From Diadema antillarum (Eukaryota), in contig NW_027271602.1 in the NCBI RefSeq assembly GCF_040938485.1, positions 1 through 64,000 on the forward strand: 64,000 nucleotides of DNA, given 5' to 3'. The position numbers and the translations under genes are program-made. Position 1 is the first letter of the stretch, and every line of letters begins with the position of its first letter. Below are positions 50,116 to 61,607 of this stretch, in pieces. Below the pieces are notes generated by a model. It was not told the DNA's origin, ran no database searches, and worked only from the letters and a program-made list of their open reading frames with translations.

Positions 50116-53100
50116 GTGTTCAATTCAAAATGTTTATAGTTACGTTGAAATACAGCTTGTTACTTAGTGAAATATGCAATCTTTTCCAAGTCGCCAAATT
50201 CGTCTTGTAACATGTTTCAAAGCATATAGAGGAATGCTAAACATCCCATTTTGATGCTTCAGAACTTAAACATGTGTTTGCATGAACTGCGAGGGTACGT
50301 AGAGAGCTCCCACTCCTTGAATAACGCCTCCCAGATCTTACAACGAACTTTGAGGGGATTTCAGAATCGTGTCGGAAGTGGTTTGATTGATAAGAACAGG
50401 CTATCTAGAGTTGCATTTTTTTTTTTTTTTTGGGGGGGGGCTGTTTATCGGATAGTTTATGCTTATATTCTACGTACATAGATACCTGTACAATGTAGCT
50501 GTAGCGTTAGCTGTAGTTGAATAATTGTTGTATTCTTCGGGGTCGGGTTAACTCGGCCCACGGGACATCTCGTCCCACCCGTTGAGGGTGGGCCGAGTTG
50601 TCCCACCCGTTGGTATCGATAGTGATCGTGAGCGCTTGTCTGTGTTTGAGTTTATTTCGTCTTTATGACGTCTTTTCTAACCGTAACTTTTATGGAATTG
50701 TGCTCATTGGTTTCTGTAAAGAATATTTGCCAACTTTTGGGGGATACAACGACGTAAAAATGAAATTTCAGACGTTTTTATCGCGGTTCGCGATCCCCAT
50801 AGGTTCACGTTCATTTCGCGCGGTGGGCTAACTCGGCCCAGCTAAGTTTTAGCTGTTGTTTTGTCAGTAAATCTCCGTAAAACTATCGATTTTATCATGT
50901 ATGAAGGTGTATTCAGGGTTCCTTCAATTAATTTCATCTTCGAGGGAATTTAATTTTGCACATGTTTGGTGAAATGTTGGATATTTGTTCGCATGATTTC
51001 ATCTTTGCCGTGTCCGCACCGCACTGGTCTCGCCACTGCACAGCTCGCTCACACACACAGGGGCAGAGCTGAGCTGGCAGCGCCATGCCCACTCGGGGAG
51101 GCGGGGCGGCGGGGCGCGGCGCGTGGGGCGCGAGCGGCAGAGGGAGCAGCCGGCCACTCCGTACCCGTATTAGTAGAAAAGAAATCAAATTATTTCTATC
51201 ATTCGATGTGAACTACATGAAGGTCATTATATGCATTTGATTTTAACTGTTAAATGTTTTGTTGTTGCTGTTGTTGTTGCTGATTTTATGTATAGATCTG
51301 CGTTCTACTCAAAAGTTATTTCTGTCCAATAAATGTTACCTTTTTTCTTAATAAAAACAAACAAGCAAAAGTCAAAGGGGTGAGTCTGTTTATGGGCATT
51401 ACCGTGGTAATTAATAAATTGTTTGATATCCAGTGGTCAGTTATTTGACCTGTAGATATGGATGGTTTGGTTGAGTGGTTGATATCATGAAACCGGTAAT
51501 GAAATGTAGTGCTAGCTAGATTGGCCTTGTTTATGATTGTAGGGCCTACCTTTTGTGTGTACTTTCAAAAATAAAAAGGAATTGTTTTTGTTTTGATGAC
51601 ATTGCCATTTTTGCCATGGGAATCCTTACCCTAATTCAAGAGAAAAATCCTCTGCCACCTGTACCTGCACGATAATAGCCAACCGTCAAGTTCTTTTTCT
51701 TTTTCTTCTTTGTAATTTTCTTTTTATATATGTACTGTATATACAGTGTATATCTCTCTCTCCCTCTAATGTATACTGTGATGATCTATTGAACCAAACT
51801 TGGACTTCATATCTTAATCTTTTCCATGCCTTAGCCCTATTACATGTATTAATCTTTTACATTTTTATTTATTTGTACAAAACAAGGCTGATTATAAAAT
51901 TCTCAAATCCTTGCTTGTCCTGCACTCATACTGTTGAATTCATGCACATTTTTTTTTTCTTTTTAACAAGCAGCAAAGATGAATAGCTTCTCAAATGGTC
52001 TTCCTTCTCAAGCACGGTACTCAAAGTGTTACCTAATTTGCAGTCATGCAGGGTCACAAAAGAAACATTACAACATGCACTGGTAGGCATTGGTAAGGTC
52101 ATGCATATAAGCTCTCATCTTCCTTCACAAAAGAATCTGTTGTTTTGTGGCCATTGCATCCTTTCGACTGTTGCCCTGCCTGCCCTTGATAACAATGTAC
52201 CGGTACTGCTCTTTCCAAGACTGCAAGATCACAGCAAATTTCGAATAATATTAATGTGAGCATGTAAAGTATGTTTTGTTTTGTTTTGTTTTGTCATTTT
52301 ACATCTATTACTTTATTATTTCCTTTCTATTTTTTTTTTCTTGAATAACAGAACATTCTCATTTGACTTGAAATAATACTTTCATTTTCAATTATCACAT
52401 TACCAAGTATCATCTGTGTACAAAGCTTTCTTTCCACAACTGCTTTGTAAAGTTCTGTATTTTTTTATGATTCTTCGTCTGGCTCTATAGATCGCCTACT
52501 GCCAATATTTCTGCTTCCTTTCCCCGTCTCTCTTTCACTCTTCCATCAACCCATTCTTTTCTTATGCGTGATGAATGTGTTTGTCAAGTGTCAAATGAGA
52601 TTTGATTTGAAACACTGCATACTTCATGTGAATTGCACACCAGTATTTTTTTTACCGAATTCATATTTACATAGAACAACTAGTGTGTGCATATCTACAC
52701 TGATGTTCAATGTAGACAAATTTGATATCTTTAATTTTAAAAAAAAGTCTCAAGTAGCGCTGTACTATGGATTAAAAACATATGTGACAAAAACATCATT
52801 TTTTTTAGAGTCATCACACTTCATCATCAGTGAATAGTGTGCATTCATAAAATGTGAATTTAATTCCACCACATTTTATAGTGTGTTATAACGGTAATAC
52901 AACATTTGTTCCTGTGACCTTGTAACAATTGCTCTGGTGTATTATTTTCTCCAAGGACTTGGGATCAAGGTTAGGATTGTGATAGGAGTAGGGTTAGAGT
53001 AATGCTCCTTTGTAGAATTTATGTTTGGTTTAGCATGCAGAATTTCAAGTGAACAATGTTTGCAGGAGCAAATGTCATGGAACCATTACGACACTGACTT

Positions 53101-54329
53101 CAGTCCTACTTCAGTTGATAGGCCTACTTCAGTCGATAGTTTGCTTTCTTCTAGATTTTCACCTCTTGACCTACCTGTAAAACATACATGTAGTTTACCA
53201 GATAGTTGCCAATTGATGAACTCTGCCCCAGGAGAGGTGCATCGCAGGAAATGAGATTGTTTTACGTATGTCAATCCACATACACGTCATGAAATGTTGC
53301 ATTATTGTAACACTCATTTCGGTGTCCAACATTATGCTCAGTCACTCCGCAAAACCAGACAATGTCCTCTCAAAACTGAATATTCACTACAGCTGTAGGG
53401 GCTGAAGAAAGCAGATCTGTTCTCAGTCAGTTCCAGTGGTAGACTCTTTTTAATTCTACCCACTTACTCTTTCCAGAGTAGTTAATTTACATATTAAAAT
53501 CATAAGATAGACAAATCAACCAAAACGAAAGGAGGAAAGTAGTTTCACCCGAGGACCGAAGGAACCGATGGAAAATAAAGGTAGGGCCTATAGGTGATCA
53601 CAAGGTGAAGTTGAACATGAATGGAAACAGATCAAAAGAGTTTGAGGACGTAGGTGTGGAGGTGAGTGGAGAAAATTAGGTTGTGTGGAAAACTAAATGT
53701 GGATAATTCATTAGGGGTATGTCTGAAAAGTAAACTACAAATATGGAAAGCTACACAAAACAACAAACCAAAGCTACACAAATTTAGTTTCTGGTCACAT
53801 TAATGCTATGACATCATTGTTAGGTGTTTTGTTGATATTTTTTGTATCTATTGGTTTTCCACTGATTGCAATACAGTATAAGACAAATAACCATAAATCT
53901 TAATGATTATAAATAGTCAAAATAAGAATTACAGTAAAGATAAAAAAAAAGAGCAGCTTACAAGATTGAGGCATGGCCACGGAGACTTTGCAAAACATAT
54001 AAGGGACTGAAAGGATATCCAAAACACACCAGAGACAGCCCCACAAACCAACATGAACTTACTCCATAGCTACACCGTACAGAAGCCAGATCCCATTTAT
54101 TATGAAGTTGGAGGTACCGGTACCGGGTACACATCGGTGTTTTGTTGATTTTTGCTCTATGAATTTGCACATTAGTCTTGCATGCTTCAAGTCATAAACA
54201 TAATTTACATAAACTTAACATATCTAAATTAACTAATAGGACCAATATCCAACATGTCAGAAGGATGCATATCACCTTCCATGTACCCGAAACAATTTAC
54301 GCCAAAAAAAAAAAATTAAAAAAATACAT

Positions 54330-55235
54330 TGTGTATTATGTTCACCATGGGCCTAATTATTGGAATGAACTTCCCAATATGCTGCACCGCACTACCTTCT
54401 TTCAAACATACTCTTAGGCTGCGTTCACATAGGAGTATACTATTTGGGTACACTTATAGCTTGAATCGAACGACAGGATTTCCTAACACCGGTTCACATA
54501 AGAGGACACTATTCGAAAATGCCATAGTGGGAATCGTGCTTGTTCGATTTTCTTGCAGCGTATACCATTTCTCGTTTATGAAATGATAACGATTTTGGTC
54601 TCGATTTGCCCTTTAGCAAAAATAAGCATGTAGACTGACATTCTGATGCAGTTTAGAAATTTTTAATAAGATTGCTGGGATGGTTGTGTACGAGGAAGAA
54701 ATCCGGATGGTGCAGGTGATGGTGTACTGGGTCGACTTGACGGCGCATAGCGAATAGCGAATAGTGAATACCGTATACCGAATACTTCTATGTGAACGCA
54801 GCCTTAAGTATTCGTTATTCGCTATTCGGGCACCGAGTACACCATAACCCGCACCGTCAACTCACCATCCCATGCAGTGAGGATTTCTTCCTCCTACATC
54901 CCAGCAAATCTTATTAACAATTTCTAAACTGCATCAGAATGTCAGTCTACATGCTTTTTTTTACTAAAGGGCAAATCCAGACCAAAAGTGTCATTATTTC
55001 ATAAACGAGAGACGGTATACGCTGCAAGAAAATCGAACAAGCTCGATTCCCACTTTGCTATACTTTTCGCAGCTATTCGGTACTTTCGAATAGTGCCCTC
55101 CTATGTGAACCCGTGTGAGGAAATCCCATCGTTCGATTCAGGCTATTCGCGTGCCCTCGAAAAACGAGCCCGAATACCCGAATAGTATACTTCTATGTGA
55201 ACGCAGCCTTAAAGCAACATCTTATTAGCAGCTAC
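54330..55235 (+). mobile_element. Possible LINE ORF2 C-terminal remnant split by a Harbinger insertion (54330-54416 and 55209-55235)
   Basis: HGPNYWNELP, then FKHTL / KQHLISSY, resembles the WNxLP..FKxxLK end of L2/CR1 ORF2 but needs frameshifts; AATAAA(TTGAAA)n tail at 55648-55669. Confidence 0.4.
54417..55208. mobile_element. PIF/Harbinger MITE as an inverted dimer
   Basis: TIR GGCTGCGTTCACATAG at 54417; reverse copies end at 54803 and 55208; TTA at 54414-54416, 54804-54806 and 55209-55211; right half is the reverse complement of the left half. Confidence 0.8.
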
Positions 55236-55260
55236 GGCACGCAAGTGCATCACCGGGTAC

Positions 55261-55593
55261 CTGGTAGCAAACTTGTTGCTTTTTTTCCTTGTCTATTCTT
55301 CTACTCCGGAGGGATCCTAACCAGGAATGCAGGTATTGATCAGCCTGCCTGTTATTCCACAAGTCCTTCATTATTGTACCTGATTTCAGAATTCTTGTAC
55401 GTGGCAGCTTGCTGGTTACCATGGTCACACAGTCTGGTTCTAAGTAGGAGCCCTGCTGGAATGTGACTCCTGATGAGCTTATTCTCCATGTATAAGTTGC
55501 AGCTGAACAAACTTGCTGGTATGTATAGGCCCCATCGTATTTCTAGTACCATAGCCCAGTTCTAAACTCACCTTTGACAGTGTTTGACTTCAT
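55261..55593 (-). CDS. Candidate spliced cargo ORF inside the MULE (exons 55593-55572 and 55502-55261), unknown protein
   Basis: AGCATGA start; AAAG|gtgagt donor; 69 nt intron; ttcag acceptor; 88 open codons; CAG|gtaccc donor. No family recognised. Confidence 0.28.
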
Positions 55594-56130
55594 GCTGAGA
55601 CAGACTGCTGTACATTATTTTATTTTGTCTGTACTATTTTCATGAGAAATAAATTGAAATTGAAATTGAGAGTAACAGGAATGGAAGAGACCAACTAAAA
55701 TGTAAAAACCCAACTCACTATGACTACAAATGAAAATAAACTGGACGAAGGTGTCAACAAGCTGAGGTGAGAACTTATTTCTTCTTTTTCTATGTCACTG
55801 TCGAACATCCCAATGTAGTGGCCGACTGTACAAGGGAAGTTAAGTTCGGACTACCGAACTTAATATGGAATGTTATTAACAACAGTATTTCTGTTAGCGA
55901 TTATAGTACATTGAATAAATATCACTTTGAAAACAGACTTCACCATAGTACTAGTAAATCATTTCACTTTTCAGACACAAAAAGGTGACATTGTCACAAA
56001 TTAAAACTCATATTATTTCACAAATGTTACATATTCGTAAATTAAGGAGCAGTGTCCCAACATAACGAATAGTGTCATCCGAGTCACGTGATAATTGCCA
56101 ACAATACAGCATGCATCCAAATCGTTATTT

Positions 56131-56161
<31 letters not shown>

Positions 56162-57519
56162 TGTGTGTGTGTTTTTTTTTCTTCTTTTTTTTAATTCAGT
56201 ATCAATCATTAATAACGTTGATGCTGGGGGATCTAAAGACAGAAAAACAGCAAAATGACAACTGCAAACTGCATGAGGTTGGAATACATATTATTGAGTC
56301 ATCCCGGAAAAAAAATATCAGAAAAAGATAAAAGACCATAAAAAAAAAACAGAAAAAACAGAGTCAAGCAACCCCCTACTGTATATGCCCAGCCTTTAGC
56401 AGAAACCCTTAACCTTGCCCTTTACCTTGGCATTGGCTGGCGGTAGCATGCACACCAGCTCAGCCCAATACACGCGACGTTGCAGCAAAACACAGTTGAG
56501 TTGAAACAAGTTGCTCCCTCTCTAGCTCTCAGCTCAAAGTTCAAGACAATCGATAGGACAATGCCAACTGACTAAGCTGCATAGAATTTACTCACACGAG
56601 AAAATTGGGAAGTGCAGCAAATGACGCCTTTTCCTCCAATTTCAACCACCGCCCGTATCCGTAGCGACGTTTACGGAGTGGCTGGCTGCTCCCTCTGTGC
56701 CGTTCGCGCGGGTGCCCCGCGCCGCCGCCCCGTGCCTTGCCGAGAGTGGGCATGGGCATGGCGCTGCTCAGCTCTCTCTCTGCCACTGTGATGTGTGAGC
56801 GAGCTGCTGGTGGCGAGACCGGTGCGGTGCGGATACGGCAAAGATGAAAACATGCGAACAAATATCCAACATTTCCCCAAACATGTGCAAAATTAAATTC
56901 CCTCGAAGATGAAATTAGTTGAAGAAACCCTGAATACACCTTCATACATGATAAAATTGATAGTTTTACGGAGATTTACTGACAAAACAACAGCTAAAAC
57001 TTAGCTGGGCCGAGTTAGCCCACCGCGCGAAATGAACGTGAACCTATGAGGATCGCGAACCGCGATAAAAACGTCTGAAATTTCATTTTTACGTCGTTGT
57101 ATCCCCCAAAAGTTGGCAAATACTCTTTACAGAAACCACTGAGCACAATTCTATAAAATTTACGGTTAAAAAAGACGTCACAAAGACAAAATAACCTCAA
57201 ACACAAACAAGCGCTCACGATCACTATCGATACCAACGGGTGGGACAACTCGGCCCACCCTCGACGGGTGGGACGAGTTGTCCCGTGGGCCGAGTTAGCC
57301 CGGATCCTATTCTTCGTATTAACCTCTTTCCTAGGAGACTCTTTAAAGGGACTGGGGAGGAGTGTTGGAACCCAAAATGCAAAAGTGCTATTTCATGACG
57401 TGAAACAGGCAAAAACAAGGACCAATGTCTATGAAAGGACTAAGCAATGAAAAAGAATCGATGAAAAATACGGCATTATGAAGATATCTATGATTTTTTG
57501 AAGAGCGTTTAACGCTTGT

Positions 57520-57871
57520 CAAAATCACGGGGGGTCGGCTTAGAGGCTCTCCGTTCAAGTGTTGTTTTTGCCTCCCTCTTTTGTCCGATTTTGGCACAGC
57601 GTTAATGTATTGCCTTCTCCTCGGCGAAAAGCAAGCCCAAGATATCGCCCCTATTGCGAGGCGAAACCCGGGTGCCTGTTCACTGGCTAGCGAGCGTTAT
57701 CGGTGCATTTCCCGGGATCCGCCCGGCAGCTTGTAGCTGGCACGGGTCCGCTTGAACCCTGATCTGCTAGCTGGCTGCGTATAAATACCATCCACACTAA
57801 CAATGGAGCCGCAGGTGGAGAGCGAGAGATCTGTCTCCAAGAAGAGGAAGACCATGAAAACCAGTGACAGA
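57520..57871 (+). promoter_or_regulatory. CpG-rich patch with TATA-like box and candidate first exon (MEPQVESERSVSKKRKTMKTSDR)
   Basis: TATAAATA at 57780-57787; ACAATGG at 57803; KKRK basic motif; GA|gtatgg donor after 57871. Confidence 0.35.
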
Positions 57872-58057
57872 GTATGGAGATGGTGACAGAAAAATAAAAT
57901 GTAGAGTCCCAATTCCCCTCAAGACACTAGAAGATAAGGGGCTGAACGACAGAGATGTCATTTCACTTCGGCTGGATCGGTAATAAATTTGTGAAACTCG
58001 GAAGACCTCATAGAACTAGTCATACTAGTTCAGTGTGAGTAGGACCTAGGTCTATAA

Positions 58058-59816
58058 GGCCAAGTAAAAAAAGAAAGTAGTTTCTCGTCCGGGTTTTTTG
58101 AGCAAGGCGATGAGGGAGGTCCTTACTATTTGATATCTTACTATTTTTTCAAGGATCGTCAAAATGAAAGTAATATGTGTTTCTCGTCCGGTAATTCTGA
58201 GAAAGGTAACGAGAGGGGGCATTACAATTTTCTATATTCAATTTATGAAATGAAATATCACTCTGGTAGCTGTGTTATGAGACCAGGTCCCAAGTGTACG
58301 TCTTGCCTGCACTCTGTGCATTTTCAAACAAATAGATATATGTGCCATGCTTGAAATGAAACTTCATGCATGCAAAAATACATTTGCTTTTTCTTTCCAT
58401 AACAGATGTCAAGGGAAAATGACCATCTTAATAAAAAATAATACTGGTATTTAGTGTTGTAATGGCTTTTCTGATACCAGTGTACTTGCAATTCTGATGT
58501 ATTGTGCTGTTAATTGAAACAGGTATAAAACATGTCTTTCAACAAATGTACGACTGAAATAAATTCCATGATATTCAAAACACTGCTTTATTTATTGGTG
58601 TTTGTGACTTTTTGTGTCCACACAGCTGGTATGTATGCTGCAGTTCTTCACAGTACAATTGTAGCACATTCAACTGGAAACTGGCTTGTACAATTGCAGA
58701 TGGATGTCAAAATGATACTGATATGGCATTCTAGCATTAAACGTTTAAAGATGTTTCTTCATGTTCTAAAAAGACATTTGATAATCACTCATTATTTGGA
58801 TGATGAATGATTGTATAACAGTACACACTACAGATGATACCACTCACGGCTGTGTCCGTGAATTTACATCGTGAAGAAAAGTATCCCGCTGAAATACGAG
58901 ACAAACCAGAATCCGTGGAAAAGTTATTTTTTTTGTAGATACACCCATTTAATAATTCTACATTTGCTGGAAAAGCTCATTCATTTTCTCTTCAAAATAG
59001 AATGAATCGCCGTGACAGACCAGGGGATGGGGACCCTGGACAGCTACAAAACACGTACACTTCTTTGCCGATATACGGTGCGGCACGGCCACTGCACTGG
59101 CACCAGGGAGGTGTGGACCTCCCTGCTGGCACCGTACCTTCCGACACTGCACACACATGTACATAGTCACAATGACATGAAAATGTATACAAACTCGATA
59201 CCGTACAATCCTCACAAGCATTTGTACAGTACAATTCATCCGCTTAAAATATCAGAAACGGGGAAAAATACGAACAACGCGCGAAATATGCGTGGAATAT
59301 CAGCGATTGTTCGCAAAAATGTTGCCGCTATAGCGTTCACGACGTACCGAGTGCGCTGTACATCACAGCCCAGTAGGCCGGCCCGCCGCGCCGCCCATCC
59401 AACTACAGTGCAGTTCGACTGCTTTGTGGGTCATTCCTTCTTGCCGATCGGCCGAGCTCGCAGTGTGAAATGCATGCGTTATTACATACGCACTACACAC
59501 AGAAGCTACAGCTGTACTACAGTCTACAGCTATTAGTAGAGGACGCAAGGCGTAAAAAATTAGAAATGAGACGTCACGATTGGTAGGTGAATTGTCGATC
59601 TCTTTTTTTTCGGCGGCCGAAAAAATAGTAAATATCAAAAAAAGTCGATGCGGCAACTGAAAATCGATGCGGGCGGGGAGCGGGCTGGGACGAAAATTAT
59701 GAATTTCTTGGTATTTTCAGCGCCATTTTGAAAATAGTAAATAGTAAAAAAATCGATGCGGCGGCCAAAATCGATGCGCGCGAGGACGAGAAACTGGTTT
59801 CTTTTTTTACTTGGCC
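58058..59816. mobile_element. Non-autonomous PIF/Harbinger element, 1759 bp
   Basis: TAA|GGCCAAGTAAAAAAAGAAA..TTTCTCGTCC ... GGACGAGAAA..TTTCTTTTTTTACTTGGCC|TAA; AAAATCGATGCG subterminal repeats on the right. Confidence 0.85.
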
Positions 59817-60134
59817 TAACAACTGTTACAGTGTTTAGTGTTGTTAGTGTAACATTAATTGATAGAGATGTCACTTAGAGGATCTACACACACTATTGGC
59901 CTACTATTTAGTAATACTGATAGTAGGCCTAGATTAGTAATTTTGTTAGGTGTCCTATGCCACACCCTAACATTTTTCTATTAAACTAAAAGATATAGAC
60001 TTGTCTACTTTAGGCCTATCAGAGTTTGCCTGAGATTTTTAATACTCACATATGTGGAGAAAGGCTACATGCAGATTCACTAAAAGGTGTATTCAGAATG
60101 CGATTGAGGTATGGTAGGTATCTTAGACCTATGT

Positions 60135-60790
60135 ATTTTGAGACCCATAATTTAATGACATGAAAGTAGAATAGGGCAACATAATCCAGAATACGGTAAA
60201 ATAGGAATTCGCGTATTATCTACATGCAAAACACTTTATTAGCGTGCCATTTCTTAATGTGAACAGCGATTTATGTGTAGAAAGCATAGAGAAGCACATT
60301 TCAAAAAGGAGAAATGTTGAGCTAAATTTGGGATGTCATTCATAGGCAAAAAAAATTCCAGTTATGGTAACTATACACAGCCCAGTCGCTGTACGTACGT
60401 AGCGACAGGATTCGCACAGTGTACTTACAGCGTGTGGTCGGGCTACAGCTATAATGGCAGAGAAAAAGGGCCTCGGACTAGGAGTGGTAGACGCTGTAAG
60501 TACGGTACGCTGTGCGAATCCTGTCGCTATGTACCTACGTACAGCAACTGGGCTGTGTATAGTTACCATAAGTTAACATGGAAATTTTTTTGCCTATGAA
60601 TGACATCCCAAATTTGGCTCAACATTTCTCCTTTTTGAAATGTGCTTCTCTATTACACATAAATCGCTGTTCACAGTAAGAAATGGCACGCTATTTGTGT
60701 TTTGCATGTAAATACGCGAATTCCTATTTTACCGTATTCTGGATTATGTTGCCCTATTCTACCTTCATGTCAAATTATGTGTCTCAAAAT
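60135..60790. mobile_element. Foldback element, ~290 bp inverted arms with ~60 bp spacer
   Basis: 60135-60430 is the reverse complement of about 60495-60790; TSD not resolved. Confidence 0.8.
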
Positions 60791-61281
60791 GTCGAAATAA
60801 GAAAGTTACGACACTCATCAGAACTGACGTTTGTTACAAATTGGCGATAGGCGAGAAATCCAATTTTACGAACACCGAATGAATGAAAGTGTCAGCGAAT
60901 CTGGTAACTCTCGGTTTTTACAAAATACTTTGTGGAGACTCAACTGTGTATATGTTGTCATCACAGCTATGATCGGACCAAAAACGTGAATTCACATGTT
61001 TGGTAAGGTACCAGTACCTTGTTATTGTCTCCGGTACACATGGCATTGCAAAAATGTTGATTGAAGTGTATCTATTGTGCGTACATACATAAGTGGCTAA
61101 TGGCGTATATGCATTGTAGCGCAGTTCACTCGGTCTCTATAGTGTAGTGGTTAATGGTGTATGCTTTGTAGCACAGTAGGTGCTAATTGTTGAGAAAGGT
61201 CTGTCAGATATTATTGTGGGTATCTTTTGTAGAGCAACAGCCAGCATCGCATTCAAGGACCATCCTGACTAGGCAGCTCAG

Positions 61282-61607
61282 TGAAGCCAGTGACAGCCCC
61301 TCTGGTCAGTTGAGACCAGCCCTCCCAGCTACCCAGCTTGATGAAGCCAGTGAAATTCCCTCTCGTCAGTTTTGACCAGCTACCCAGCTCGGTGAAGCCA
61401 GTGACATCCCCTCTCATCAATTGAGACCAGCCCTCCTAGCTAACCAGCTTGATGAAGCCAGTGACATTCCCTCTCGTCAGTTTCGACCAGCTAGCCTATA
61501 CCCGGCTTGGTGAAGCCAGTGATGTCCCCTCTCATCAGTCGAGACCAGCCCTCCCAGCTTGATGAAGCCAGTGACATCCCCTCTTGCCCATTGAGACCAG
61601 CCCTTCC
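61282..61607 (+). repeat. Minisatellite of six 45-60 bp units (TGAAGCCAGTGAC...GACCAGC), coding-like
   Basis: The first units are 60, 51 and 60 bp; they translate as EASDIPS(H/R)Q(L/F)RPA..TQL(D/G) with an internal TGA. Confidence 0.8.

Larger units (their letters stand above)
50540..57307. mobile_element. Non-autonomous Mutator-like element (MULE), 6768 bp, long TIRs
   Basis: TIRs 50540-51163 and 56672-57307; identical 9 bp flanks TATTCTTCG (50531-50539 and 57308-57316); G...C termini; the same spurious 77 aa ORF appears in both TIRs in the ORF track; no transposase ORF inside. Confidence 0.85.

Noticed and set aside
50598-50831. Duplicated 77 aa ORF (also 57015-57248)
   Set aside because: Arises only because both lie in the TIRs; TTG start; useful as repeat evidence, not as a gene
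60967-61002. 36 nt phase-1 microexon upstream of the repeat exon
   Set aside because: Contains an in-frame TGA and is too short to support without reads
61282-61607. Repeat-spacer-like periodicity considered as CRISPR
   Set aside because: Eukaryotic context; the inter-repeat segments are homologous to each other, so it is a minisatellite
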